Positions 29,760 through 39,539 are shown, numbered from the stretch's first letter. The stretch is 64,000 bases of DNA from Candidatus Nanoarchaeia archaeon (GCA_028279745.1 JANQNC010000001.1:273876-337875), one strand, 5' to 3'. Made by a program: numbers and translations. Notes: a model not told the origin generated them from the letters alone.

Positions 29760-30812
29760 ATGAAAAAAGAATTAATGAAAGGAAGTCACGCACTTGTTCA
29801 CGCAAGTATTGAAGCAGGCTGCACATTTTTTGCAGGCTACCCCATAACACCCCAAAATGAAATACCTGAACTGATGTCAAAACTTATGCCGAAAAGCAAC
29901 GGAACTTTCATTCAAGCAGAATCGGAAGTATCTTCAATCAACATGATTTTTGGTGCTGCTTCTACAGGAGCCAGATCTATGACTTCCTCAAGTTCGCCAG
30001 GAGTATCTCTGATGCAAGAAGGAATATCTTATATTGCTGCCGCAGAACTCCCTTGCGTCATAGTTAACATGGTTAGAGCAGGACCGGGGCTTGGCAATCT
30101 AAGAGCATCCCAAGCAGATCTTTTTCAGTCCGTAAAAGGAGGAGGTCATGGCGATTATCGATTGATTGTACTTGCACCGTCCACAAACCAAGAAATATAC
30201 GATCTTACGATGGCTGCATTTGATTATGCCGACCATCATAAAAACCCCGTTTTAATTCTTGGAGATGGAATCATTAGCCAAATGATAGAGCCAGTTGAAT
30301 TGAAAAAATATAAACCAATACTGCCTTTACCATCAAAAGATGATTGGGCTCTAACTGGATGTAAAGATAGGCAAAGACATTTGGTGAAGACTACCCGATT
30401 AGATCCTCCTGACCTTCTAGTCAAACACAACCTACATCTCAAAAAAAAGTATAAAAAAATATCTGACGAACTAACTCTATTTAAGGAATTTGAAACTGAA
30501 GATGCAGAAATTATCATTGTTGCTTACGGCATAACTGCAAGAGTTGCTCAAGAAACTGTTCATCTTGCAAGAAAGGAAGGGATGAAAGTGGGATCGATAC
30601 AACTAATAACACTTTGGCCATTTCCAAACAAGATTCTAAAAAAATATAGAGGACGTGATTTCTTGGTTGTTGAAATGAGCAACGGTCAACTGATCGAAGA
30701 TGTTAAACTCGCACTTGGTTGTAAAGGGAGAATACTGCATTTTGGATACGGCGGCGGTTGGTACCCCGATACAGACCAGATACTAACAAAACTTAGGAAC
30801 ATGAAAAAATGA
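29760..30812 (+). CDS. 2-oxoacid:ferredoxin oxidoreductase alpha subunit (Por/Vor/Kor-type)
   Basis: GSHALVHASIEAGCTFFAGYPITPQNEI. Confidence 0.8.
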   Translation: MKKELMKGSHALVHASIEAGCTFFAGYPITPQNEIPELMSKLMPKSNGTFIQAESEVSSINMIFGAASTGARSMTSSSSPGVSLMQEGISYIAAAELPCVIVNMVRAGPGLGNLRASQADLFQSVKGGGHGDYRLIVLAPSTNQEIYDLTMAAFDYADHHKNPVLILGDGIISQMIEPVELKKYKPILPLPSKDDWALTGCKDRQRHLVKTTRLDPPDLLVKHNLHLKKKYKKISDELTLFKEFETEDAEIIIVAYGITARVAQETVHLARKEGMKVGSIQLITLWPFPNKILKKYRGRDFLVVEMSNGQLIEDVKLALGCKGRILHFGYGGGWYPDTDQILTKLRNMKK

Positions 30813-31540
30813 CTTCACAAAAAACATTAAAAGATGTAAAGATGCATTACTGCCCTGGTTGCGGCCATAGAATGATCAATAAACTAATTGCCCACGTGAT
30901 AGATGAGATGGGTCTGAGAGAAAAAACTATAATGAGTTCTCCAGTGGGTTGCTCGGTTCTGGTTTATGACTATCTTGATCTTGATGTTATCGAATGTGCG
31001 CACGGCAGAGTTCCAAGCGTGTTAAGTGCAATAAAAAGATGCCTTCCTGACAGATTTGTGCTAGGATATCAGGGGGATGGTGATCTTGCAGCGATTGGAA
31101 CAAATGAAACAATCCATACTGCTAACCGCGGAGAAAATATAACAATCATTTTCATAAATAATGCAGTTTATGGGATGACTGGGGGGCAGATGGCACCAAC
31201 CAGCTTGCCCGGACAGGTATCAACAACAACCCCAAAAGGCAGAGGGGCTAACTTTGAAGGCAACCCAATAAAAATGTGTGAGCTGTTAGCAACTCTTGAT
31301 GGCCCAACCTATATCGAACGTTTAGCCATGAATAGTGCAGGCAGTTTAAAAAATATAAAAGAAGCCCTAAAAAAAGCATTTCAATGTCAACAGGATGGAA
31401 AGGGATATTCATTCATTGAGATATTATCACCTTGTCCTACAGGTTGGAAGAATGACATAAAAGAGTCCTTGAACTTTGTTGATAAAATGCAGGAATTTCT
31501 CCCTGTTGGAGTTTTCAAAGACGAACGGAAGAACAGATAA
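30809..31540 (+). CDS. 2-oxoacid:ferredoxin oxidoreductase beta subunit
   Basis: HYCPGCGHRMI...GYQGDGDLAAIGTNE TPP-binding motif. Confidence 0.85.
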   Translation: MTSQKTLKDVKMHYCPGCGHRMINKLIAHVIDEMGLREKTIMSSPVGCSVLVYDYLDLDVIECAHGRVPSVLSAIKRCLPDRFVLGYQGDGDLAAIGTNETIHTANRGENITIIFINNAVYGMTGGQMAPTSLPGQVSTTTPKGRGANFEGNPIKMCELLATLDGPTYIERLAMNSAGSLKNIKEALKKAFQCQQDGKGYSFIEILSPCPTGWKNDIKESLNFVDKMQEFLPVGVFKDERKNR

Positions 31541-32070
31541 TGAAAGAAAAAATAATAATTGCAGGACACGGAGGGCAAGGCATAATATTGGCAGGGAGCC
31601 TGCTGGCAAATACTGCTATGAACCAGAATTTGCAGATCTGCGGCACAATTTCATATGGTGTTCAGATGCGTGGAGGAACAACAAACTCTTCGATGATCCT
31701 ATCTGACAAAAAAATTGAAAGCCCAATCATAACTAAACCAACTGTGTTACTGATACTTAACCAACCCGCACTAGATAAGTATGAGAACCTAGTTGAAAAA
31801 AATGGACTGGTAATCCTAAACACTTCTGATTGCAAAACCAAAGTGTCTAGAGATGATGTATGTGTTGTTGAAGTTGATGCAACCAAGATAGCAGAAAAAC
31901 TCGGAAATAAAAAAGCAACCAACATGGTCATGGTTGGAGCGTACCTAAAAAAAAATAGGACATTAGACATTAAACTTGCTAAAAGCATGGTTAAGAAAGT
32001 GTTACCAAAAGCAAGCGAAGAGCTGATTGAGCTTAATAAAAAAGCCCTATTGCTAGGGTATACCCAATAG
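31540..32070 (+). CDS. 2-oxoacid:ferredoxin oxidoreductase gamma subunit
   Basis: KIIIAGHGGQGIILAGSLLANTA. Confidence 0.8.
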   Translation: MKEKIIIAGHGGQGIILAGSLLANTAMNQNLQICGTISYGVQMRGGTTNSSMILSDKKIESPIITKPTVLLILNQPALDKYENLVEKNGLVILNTSDCKTKVSRDDVCVVEVDATKIAEKLGNKKATNMVMVGAYLKKNRTLDIKLAKSMVKKVLPKASEELIELNKKALLLGYTQ

Positions 32071-32167
32071 CTAATTTTAGTGGTTTATCATTACCTTTAT
32101 AAATAACCTATAAGTTCTTCTCATTAGAGGGATTTTCGGGAGATAGTCTCAGAAGATCTAAATTAAA

Positions 32168-33088
32168 ATGAAATGTACTAAATGTGAAAGGGAAGCAGTA
32201 TACTGGACTACAAACCATAAACTATGCAAAGAACACTTCTTTGATTATTTTGAATCAAAAGTTTTTAGGACGATAAATAAGTATAGACTGTTTAATAGGG
32301 AAGATAAAGTCTGCGTAGCTACATCTGGTGGAAAAGACTCAATGTCTTTACTCTATGTAGTCAACAAGTATTGTAAGAAACGAGGCATTAAATTCTTTTC
32401 TTTAGCGATAGATGAAGGGATTAATGGATACAGGAATGAGGCATTAGACAATCTGAAAGACTTTTGTAAAGAATATGATATTAAACTAGAAATATTTTCT
32501 TTCAAGGACAGATATGGCAAAACAATGGACCAGCTTAGAGAAAAAGCCATAAATGAATTTGGAAAAACCCCCTGCACCATATGCGGAACATTCAGACGAT
32601 CACTGTTAAACAAGAAAGCTCGTGAGTTGGGAGCTACAAAACTAGCAACAGGACACAACATGGATGATGAGGCACAGAATTTCCTGATGAACCTGTTTAA
32701 GGGGAACATGGGAAATAATGCTTCATTAGGACCAATAGTTGGAGTATCTGCTAATGAAAAGTTTGTCCCAAGAGTAAAACCTTTGTATCACATACTAGAC
32801 ATAGAGGCAAAACTCTACGCAAAATACAAAGAATTCAACCTATGTTTTTGTGATTGCCCACATTCAGACATGTCATTCAGAAAAAAGATTAAATTGAAGT
32901 TACATGAGATAGAAAAAGAAGTCCCAGGAATAAAAAATGGAGTTGTGAATTCTTTTATGGAAATCATGCCTACTTTGAAAGAGAGGTACAAGAACAAAAA
33001 AGAGTTCAAATACTGTTCTAAATGTGGAGATGCATGTGTAGGTGAGAAGTGCAATGCTTGTCTGTTGGAAGAGCAGTTATGCAAATGA
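32168..33088 (+). CDS. tRNA 2-thiolation PP-loop ATPase of the TtuA/NcsA (Ncs6/Ctu1) family
   Basis: N-terminal CxxC..C, SGGKDS PP-loop, PCTICGTFRR cluster Cys, C-terminal CSKCGDACVGEKCNAC zinc finger. Confidence 0.75.
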   Translation: MKCTKCEREAVYWTTNHKLCKEHFFDYFESKVFRTINKYRLFNREDKVCVATSGGKDSMSLLYVVNKYCKKRGIKFFSLAIDEGINGYRNEALDNLKDFCKEYDIKLEIFSFKDRYGKTMDQLREKAINEFGKTPCTICGTFRRSLLNKKARELGATKLATGHNMDDEAQNFLMNLFKGNMGNNASLGPIVGVSANEKFVPRVKPLYHILDIEAKLYAKYKEFNLCFCDCPHSDMSFRKKIKLKLHEIEKEVPGIKNGVVNSFMEIMPTLKERYKNKKEFKYCSKCGDACVGEKCNACLLEEQLCK

Positions 33089-33097
33089 TTTGTTAAG

Positions 33098-33403
33098 ATG
33101 GCTGAAAAAACATTTAATGAAAAATGTTATTCTTTACTCAAGAAAGTTCCTAAAGGAAAAGTTACAACTTATGGAGAGATTGCAAAAGCACTTGGGGGTA
33201 AAGCATACCAAGCAGTAGGCAATGCAATGAACAAAAACCCTTATGCACCTAAAGTTCCATGTCATAGAGTTGTTAATTCAGATGGTTCTATTGGAGGGTT
33301 CGCTTTTGGAGTTAGTGAGAAGGTCAAGATCTTGAAATCTGAAGGTGTCGATGTTATTGATGGAAAAATAGTTGAGTTTGAGAAGAAGTTGTTTAAGTTC
33401 TAG
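33098..33403 (+). CDS. ogt: Methylated-DNA-protein-cysteine methyltransferase (MGMT/Ogt), catalytic C-terminal domain only
   Basis: TYGEIAKALG...PCHRVVNSDGSIGGF (PCHRV active-site motif). Confidence 0.75.
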   Translation: MAEKTFNEKCYSLLKKVPKGKVTTYGEIAKALGGKAYQAVGNAMNKNPYAPKVPCHRVVNSDGSIGGFAFGVSEKVKILKSEGVDVIDGKIVEFEKKLFKF

Positions 33404-35073
33404 ATCTTCTTTGTCATATATGGTCCTTCTTTAGAATAACCTTGGTTCTTGTAATACTCTCTAACGCCAATGCCGCTTATGACAACAACTTTGTCTTTGT
33501 TGTGTTGTTTAGAAAGTTCTTCTGCAATTTTTAGAAGAGTTTTACCAATGCCTCTATGCTGGGTTGTTCCTTTACCTTTTATGGCTAATGCCTGACCGTA
33601 AACATGCAGTTCTCTGACGATCGATGATTTAGTTGTTATTTCGTCTCTTAATGATTCTGAAGGAAATCTTAGCCTGCAAAATCCTAAAAGTTTATCATCT
33701 TCAGTGGTTGCTTCAATAAAATATTCAGTTCCTCCCGATGCTTCATACTTAGTTGTTTCGTAAGAGATGTCTTCATCTTCTTTTAACGTGTCTTTGATTT
33801 CTCTGCATCTGATGCAATTACATGTAACACCTTTCTCTTTCTTTAGGTTATCAACGTACTGTCTTAGGTTAGTCTTATCAACACCTGCTTCAGTCCTATA
33901 AGTTGGGATGTCTCTCTGCACCCTCATTATCCTGCAATATTTAGGAACATACTTTTTGCATTCTACAATCAGTTCTGCTGCTTCAATTGTTGTTAATGGT
34001 GTGTAGTTCCCTTCTTTCCAATCTCTGTAAAGTTTTGTGCCTTTCATAACCATACAAGGATATATCTTAAGCATATCCGGCTGGAAATCTGAATTTTCAA
34101 ATAGTTGTTTGAATAATTCTAAGTCTTGTTCTTTAGTTACACCTGGCAGACCAAGCATGTAATGAAAATTAAGCTTGAAACCTAAGTCTTTCAATTCTTT
34201 TATCGATCTAATGTTATCTTGGATGGTGTGGCCTCTTTCAATTGCTTTTAGTGCATTATCATCTGTTGATTGTATCCCCAGCTCAACTCTTGTACAACCA
34301 AGTTTTAACATCTCGTTTCCATGCTCCTTAAAACCCCAATCAGGTCTTGTTTCTATTGTTAATCCAACACATCTGATGTTAGAGGTTTCGTTCTTAGTTT
34401 GTTCTTCTTCAAGAACGCAGTCCTGCTTTAGCTCGTTTAACTTCTTATGAATATTAGCAACTCTGTCTTTTGAGCCCACTTCACCAGGCATCTCAAAAAA
34501 TTCTTTGAACTTGTCTATGTTGAATTTCTTGTCTTCGTAGAAAATGTCTGAAAAGTCATTCATCGCTTTGAACGCATATTTTGTGAAATTCTCAATGTAC
34601 TCTTTGTCTTGCGCTATGAATGTTCCACCCATGATAATCAGTTCTACTTTTTCAGGGTTATGGCCAAGAACAACAAACTGTTCTAGTCTATTAAAAACCT
34701 GAATGTAAGGATCAAAATTTGCTCTAATAGCTCGCATAGTAGCTGGCTCTTTACCAGTATATGATTGAGGCACACTGCCAAATTCAGAATTTAGGCCGCC
34801 AGGACACATCTTACACTTTCCGTGAGGACACTTACTTGGTTCAGTCATTATAGCAACAGGCACAACACCTGAGATAGACCTTGTTGGTTTTGATTGCAGT
34901 AAATGTTTTATTTTAGGATCTGAGTTAGATAGATATATTTCAATATCTGTAGGAATGTTTTTCAGGCTGTATTTCTTACATAGCTTAACCTTTAGTTTAG
35001 ATATCTGAGTCTTGTCCAGACTATTGTCTTTTAGCTCTTTGTACAGTTCTTCTATGTATTCTTGTGGTATCAT
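33400..35073 (-). CDS. elp3: Elp3-family radical SAM/GNAT tRNA U34 modification enzyme
   Basis: KCPHGKCKMCPGG radical SAM cluster and C-terminal GNAT (HRGIGKTLLKIAEE). Confidence 0.85.
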   Translation of the reverse strand: MIPQEYIEELYKELKDNSLDKTQISKLKVKLCKKYSLKNIPTDIEIYLSNSDPKIKHLLQSKPTRSISGVVPVAIMTEPSKCPHGKCKMCPGGLNSEFGSVPQSYTGKEPATMRAIRANFDPYIQVFNRLEQFVVLGHNPEKVELIIMGGTFIAQDKEYIENFTKYAFKAMNDFSDIFYEDKKFNIDKFKEFFEMPGEVGSKDRVANIHKKLNELKQDCVLEEEQTKNETSNIRCVGLTIETRPDWGFKEHGNEMLKLGCTRVELGIQSTDDNALKAIERGHTIQDNIRSIKELKDLGFKLNFHYMLGLPGVTKEQDLELFKQLFENSDFQPDMLKIYPCMVMKGTKLYRDWKEGNYTPLTTIEAAELIVECKKYVPKYCRIMRVQRDIPTYRTEAGVDKTNLRQYVDNLKKEKGVTCNCIRCREIKDTLKEDEDISYETTKYEASGGTEYFIEATTEDDKLLGFCRLRFPSESLRDEITTKSSIVRELHVYGQALAIKGKGTTQHRGIGKTLLKIAEELSKQHNKDKVVVISGIGVREYYKNQGYSKEGPYMTKKI

Positions 35074-35147
35074 GTGATGAAAGATTAGGGTTAGTTATAA
35101 AAAGGTTTAGGGCAAAAGTTAAAAAGCGCAGGCACTAGTTAAGAAAA

Positions 35148-35897
35148 ATGGCTGAATTAAGACACTCAACACTAGAAGAAAGAGAAGAGTATTATTCTAA
35201 TGAATTTGACCTGGCAAAAGTGGAAAAATGGTTTTCTGAAAATAAAGTTAAGAAAGCACAGATCTTTGCGGTTGATTGTGGGACTGAGACAGGCATAATT
35301 AAAGATAAGAGTAAGATAAATAAGTTGATTCATTTGCGACCTGAAGGTTTAAAGAAGAAATTTGTTAATTACCTACCCGAAGATGCTTACTACGATAGAA
35401 ATGTTTATGTGGATCCAGAGTTACAGCTTAAGATAAAGAATTTTACAAAAAGTTTTGGCGGGCCAAACGTTGAGTGTCAACAGCTAGTTTTTGATATCGA
35501 TCCAGAAAACATGAACTGTTCCTGTGAGAAAAAGTTTCCAAACTTTTGCGACAGATGCATAAGAAAAACTGTTGAAAAAGTGATAAAATTGTATGAACAT
35601 CTTGAAGATAAGTTTAACAAACTGAGAATAGTGTACAGCGGGAGGGGGATGCATCTTCATGTGTTTGATAAATCTGCTTTTGAGTTAACGATGAAAGAAC
35701 GAGAAGAGCTAAATGACACGCTAAAAGAGTTTGCAATAGACCCTTGGGTGTCAAGGGGTAGAATTAGGTTAGTAAGATTGCCTTATTCACTAAATGGGTT
35801 AGTATCTAGAATTGTAACACCTTTAACTTTCGATGAAGTTTTAGAATTTGATCCAGTAAGTTCAGAAAAAACAGTTCCTAATTTCTTAAAAAATTAA
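35148..35897 (+). CDS. priS: DNA primase small (catalytic) subunit PriS-like, compact
   Basis: VFDIDPENM (DxD catalytic), SGRGMHLHV (SGRRG-H motif), zinc knuckle CSCEKKFPNFCDRC. Confidence 0.6.
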   Translation: MAELRHSTLEEREEYYSNEFDLAKVEKWFSENKVKKAQIFAVDCGTETGIIKDKSKINKLIHLRPEGLKKKFVNYLPEDAYYDRNVYVDPELQLKIKNFTKSFGGPNVECQQLVFDIDPENMNCSCEKKFPNFCDRCIRKTVEKVIKLYEHLEDKFNKLRIVYSGRGMHLHVFDKSAFELTMKEREELNDTLKEFAIDPWVSRGRIRLVRLPYSLNGLVSRIVTPLTFDEVLEFDPVSSEKTVPNFLKN

Positions 35898-35909
35898 AAT
35901 AAGGTTGCT

Positions 35910-36203
35910 TTATTCGCAACCTTCACATTTATCATCTTTGCAATCTTCATCATCGCAGTTTTCGTCCTTGCAACCTTCACAAGTCTCATCTTCAGACTCT
36001 TCCTTCTTCTCGTAATACTCTTTCTTTTTTTCCTCTTCTTCGCCGTCTTCGTCCTCTTCTTCTGCCTCTTCTTCCTCTTCAGATGTTGTCTCTACATCTT
36101 CTGCGCCTTCTTCTTTCTTCTCTTCTTCTTTTTCTTCTTCAGTCTCTTCGTCTTTATCGTAGTACTCCTTCTTTTTCTCTTCTTCCTCACTCATTTGATT
36201 CAC
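35910..36203 (-). CDS. Hyper-acidic low-complexity protein with a C-terminal Cys-rich tail
   Basis: More than 55% Glu/Asp; duplicated EEEKKKEYY[DE]K-EE-E unit; C-terminal CEGCKDENCDDEDCKDDKCEGCE. Confidence 0.5.
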   Translation of the reverse strand: MNQMSEEEEKKKEYYDKDEETEEEKEEEKKEEGAEDVETTSEEEEEAEEEDEDGEEEEKKKEYYEKKEESEDETCEGCKDENCDDEDCKDDKCEGCE

Positions 36204-36242
36204 CTCGTTAAATAATATTAGTTTAGAACTAGGAAATCGAGT

Positions 36243-37331
36243 TTATAACTTTTTTGGTTTAAATATACTATTCTTAAGAAGACTTACGCCTAATGAGACC
36301 AGTCTTGGTTCCCTTAATACCAGTTTGAACAAGAACTTACTAGGATAATCTCTATCATGAGTTGAAAGAACATCTTTATTTTGCTTCTTTGAGAAAATAG
36401 TTATCAGAGCATTCTTTTGCTTAGTTGTCATGACATTCATCAACTGCCTCATCTTAAGACTAATCCACAACTCTTTGTTTAGATGTTTGAAATTCTTTTC
36501 GTAAGTGTTTTTGTTATTTGCAAGGTACTTTGCTGCTTGTAACCCAAACACCAAACCCCCATGAGTTGTTGCTTTTAGTTGAGAAGCAGCATCACCTATC
36601 AGAAAGATATTTCCCTTTCTTAATTGTTGTTTTGGGTCGAATACCGGGATCGCGCCAGATATGTTTTGGATTATCTTCCTTTTTCCTATCAGGTTCATAT
36701 AATCCTTCCATAATCTCTTGGAAGGTTTGCCTAGGACTCCAACTCTTGCTATTTTATCATCTTCAGGAATGACCCATGCAAAATCTCCTTTGTCTAAGAA
36801 GATTGTTGTTGTACCTTCTTCAAGATTTTTGTACTTGCATCTTGATTGAAGCCCGGTGATTGACTTTCTTTCTTTGAAAATCTTGGCAGACTTAGCAACC
36901 TGACTGAAAGGACCATCCGCACCAACAATCATGTTTGTATCGTAGGTTGATTTAGATGTTTTAATTTTGTATGCATTGTTTTCTTTTTTGTAACCCAAGA
37001 ACTTTTCATTTAAGTGAGAGGTTGCACCATTATCTATTGCTTTGTCAAAAAGCCACCTGTCAAACTTAGTCCTGTCAATAATCAAGTTAGGATGTTTTAA
37101 TGGGACATAGATCGCTTTTTTATTTGGAGCAACTATTTTGAATTGTTTAATCCTGCTTATGATCAGTTCATCAGGGATCTTTACTATCTTACTAATTGAG
37201 TTTGTTAATACACCCGAACAAGAGAAAGGCTTTCCAACTACTTTATGTTCTTCAAACAAATGTACATCATCATGCTTTTCTTGTGAAGCATAAAATGAGC
37301 CCGCAGGACCTGCACCTATAACACTAATCAT
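36243..37331 (-). CDS. Geranylgeranyl reductase family FAD-dependent oxidoreductase
   Basis: MISVIGAGPAGS...GKPFSCSGVL (GGR motifs); start set at MISVIGAG. Confidence 0.75.
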   Translation of the reverse strand: MISVIGAGPAGSFYASQEKHDDVHLFEEHKVVGKPFSCSGVLTNSISKIVKIPDELIISRIKQFKIVAPNKKAIYVPLKHPNLIIDRTKFDRWLFDKAIDNGATSHLNEKFLGYKKENNAYKIKTSKSTYDTNMIVGADGPFSQVAKSAKIFKERKSITGLQSRCKYKNLEEGTTTIFLDKGDFAWVIPEDDKIARVGVLGKPSKRLWKDYMNLIGKRKIIQNISGAIPVFDPKQQLRKGNIFLIGDAASQLKATTHGGLVFGLQAAKYLANNKNTYEKNFKHLNKELWISLKMRQLMNVMTTKQKNALITIFSKKQNKDVLSTHDRDYPSKFLFKLVLREPRLVSLGVSLLKNSIFKPKKL

Positions 37332-37403
37332 AACATTTGTCTTTATTGTATAATATAAAAATTTAACCAAAGCTTTAAGAATAAACTCTTATTCTTTCGT
37401 CCC

Positions 37404-38350
37404 ATGAACTACGACTTAGAAGTTGATAAACTGATAGCAGAAATCAAGAAAGAAAAACACAAAACTGTGCTGATCCAGCTAGCTGATGGGTTAAAACCAA
37501 TGGCTAAAGAGATAGTGGATCAAGTTAGAGATCAGACTAATGCAGAAGTGCTAATATGGATGGGTTCGTGTTTTGGAGCATGTGACATTCCGTCAGTTGA
37601 TGCAGATCTAGTTGTACAATGGGGACATAACTTATTCAAGAAAGAGGAAAAATGGTAAAATTTATGGTGCTACCCGCAAAATATAACAAAGAAGTTAAGT
37701 TAAGCAGTTCTGTAATTGACAAATGTAAAGGTAAAAAGATAGCAATCTATACTGCAGTTCAGTTTTTAGAACAGATAGAAGATGTTGTTATACAGTTGCA
37801 GCAGAATAATGTTAAAGTTGTTAGCTCTCAACCCGCTCGAACAGAATCTGAATTCCAGATATTAGGTTGTGATTGCAACTGGGATAATTTGAAACTAGAA
37901 GGCGAAGTTGATGCGTTCTTATATGTTGGAGATGGAATGTTTCATCCTACTGCGTTAGTGCTTGCGCAACGTGAGCAAGATAGTTTTAAGGAGGTCATAG
38001 TATATGATCCAACATCTGGAAATGATAAAGTGTTAGGCCTTAAAGATATGGACAAAGTTTTGAAAAAATACAAAGGGTCTTATGTTAAATTTTTATCATC
38101 TGATGTGATTGGTGTGTTGGTTTCAACTAAACCAGGACAGAAACAATATGAAGTTAGCAAGAAATTAAGTTCTAAGTATCCAGATAAGAAGTTTTACTAT
38201 TTCATTTCAAATGATATCAACTTTAGTGAGTTTGAAAACTTTAACTTCATTCAGTGCTGGGTAAACACAGCTTGTCCAAGAATTGGTTTTGAGGACAGTT
38301 CTGAGATTAAGAGATCTATTGTGAATCTGAGTGATGTTTTAAGAGAGTAA
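37404..38350 (+). CDS. dph2: Diphthamide biosynthesis enzyme Dph2 (2-(3-amino-3-carboxypropyl)histidine synthase), interrupted by an apparent +1 frameshift near 37648-37658
   Basis: N-terminal ORF (VLIQLADGL...GSCFGACD...QWGHNLFKKEEKW*) and C-terminal ORF (MVKFMVLPA...ILGCDCNW...GDGMFHPTAL...NTACPRIGFED) together align colinearly with archaeal Dph2; adding one A to the A5 run gives the continuous ...KKEEKMVKFMVLPA. Confidence 0.8.
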
Positions 38351-38365
38351 GACCAAAAATTAGTC

Positions 38366-38770
38366 TTACTTCTTAGCGTAATCACAGATGTAAAGGCTTG
38401 GTTTGTTCACCGTAAGTATAAGATAGTTATCTTTAGGTATCACTAATTTCTCATACTTAGATGGGATGACTAAACTTTCTTTTCCAACTCCCCACATCAA
38501 ATTACCCAATAAAAAATGCATAGTCTCTTGATTTTCTCCTGTGTTGAATTCAAATTTACCAATAGGAATATAGCCAAATGTGGAAGGCATCTCGTTACCT
38601 GATCCTTCAATCACCACACTAACAACACCATTATCATATTCATTAACCTTGCCAGGATTTGTTCCATCAAAATAATTTGAGACTCCAGGGAATTCTACTG
38701 CAAGCTGGCCAAAATCTATGTTTCCACTCTTTAACTCTTTAAGCAGTTCTTCTAGTTGTTTTCTGTCCAT
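38366..38770 (-). CDS. Hypothetical protein (134 aa), no recognisable motif
   Basis: Clean ORF flanked by long AT-rich intergenic regions. Confidence 0.4.
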   Translation of the reverse strand: MDRKQLEELLKELKSGNIDFGQLAVEFPGVSNYFDGTNPGKVNEYDNGVVSVVIEGSGNEMPSTFGYIPIGKFEFNTGENQETMHFLLGNLMWGVGKESLVIPSKYEKLVIPKDNYLILTVNKPSLYICDYAKK

Positions 38771-38983
38771 TTTAAGATTCTCGGATCAAACCTAAATATA
38801 TAAGTTTTATCCATAGGGCAATATATTAAGCCTATAATTAATAGTCTCTGATTTGATGATTCTTATAAAAAATAGAATAATTAATTGGATTAAATTGAAA
38901 ATTAACTATCACAATATATGAAAATGCGTTAAAATGCTTATTAAAAATAGGTTATATACTAAAATATCTTATAAAAAATAGAA

Positions 38984-39532
38984 ATGTTTATAAGGAAGTT
39001 CGTTCCTCCAAAAGAGCGGATGTTAAAAGAGAAATTGGGGGTGGACGAGAGAGATGCAGTTATACTCTCCATGTTTGCTAAAAATCCAGAAGTTAGTCAA
39101 ACAGATTTAGCTGAAGCTTTGAAACTGAGCCAGCCTTCTATCAATGCGCGAGTACAGAAACTAAAGAAAAAAGGACTATTATCATTAACAGCAGGGATAG
39201 AGTTCAACAAAACAGATATGTACATGGCAAGAGTTGACTTTACCGCACCAAATTCTGAAGAAATATTGAGTCAGTTGCAGAACTGTTCTTTCTTCGTAAA
39301 TGGATTCATAATGTCCGGAAGCAATAATGTATCAGTCTTTATTGTAGGACATGATCTGCAGAGGATCGAGAACATAATCAGCATGCACCTAAGATCCAAC
39401 CCAGACATAAAAGACATAAACATGAGTGTTGTCGTAAGTTCAGCAAAACCATTCATATATTCAGTAGACATAGAAAAAGAAGAAAATTCTGATTGTGAGA
39501 ACTGCGACAAGTGCAAAAACAAAAAGGAATAA
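38984..39532 (+). CDS. Lrp/AsnC-like transcriptional regulator with a C-terminal Cys-rich tail
   Basis: HTH (SQTDLAEALKLSQPSINARVQKLKKKGLL) plus RAM-like domain; C-terminal CENCDKCKNKK; TATA-like TTATATA about 27 nt upstream of the ATG. Confidence 0.55.
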   Translation: MFIRKFVPPKERMLKEKLGVDERDAVILSMFAKNPEVSQTDLAEALKLSQPSINARVQKLKKKGLLSLTAGIEFNKTDMYMARVDFTAPNSEEILSQLQNCSFFVNGFIMSGSNNVSVFIVGHDLQRIENIISMHLRSNPDIKDINMSVVVSSAKPFIYSVDIEKEENSDCENCDKCKNKKE

Positions 39533-39539
39533 ATCGTAA

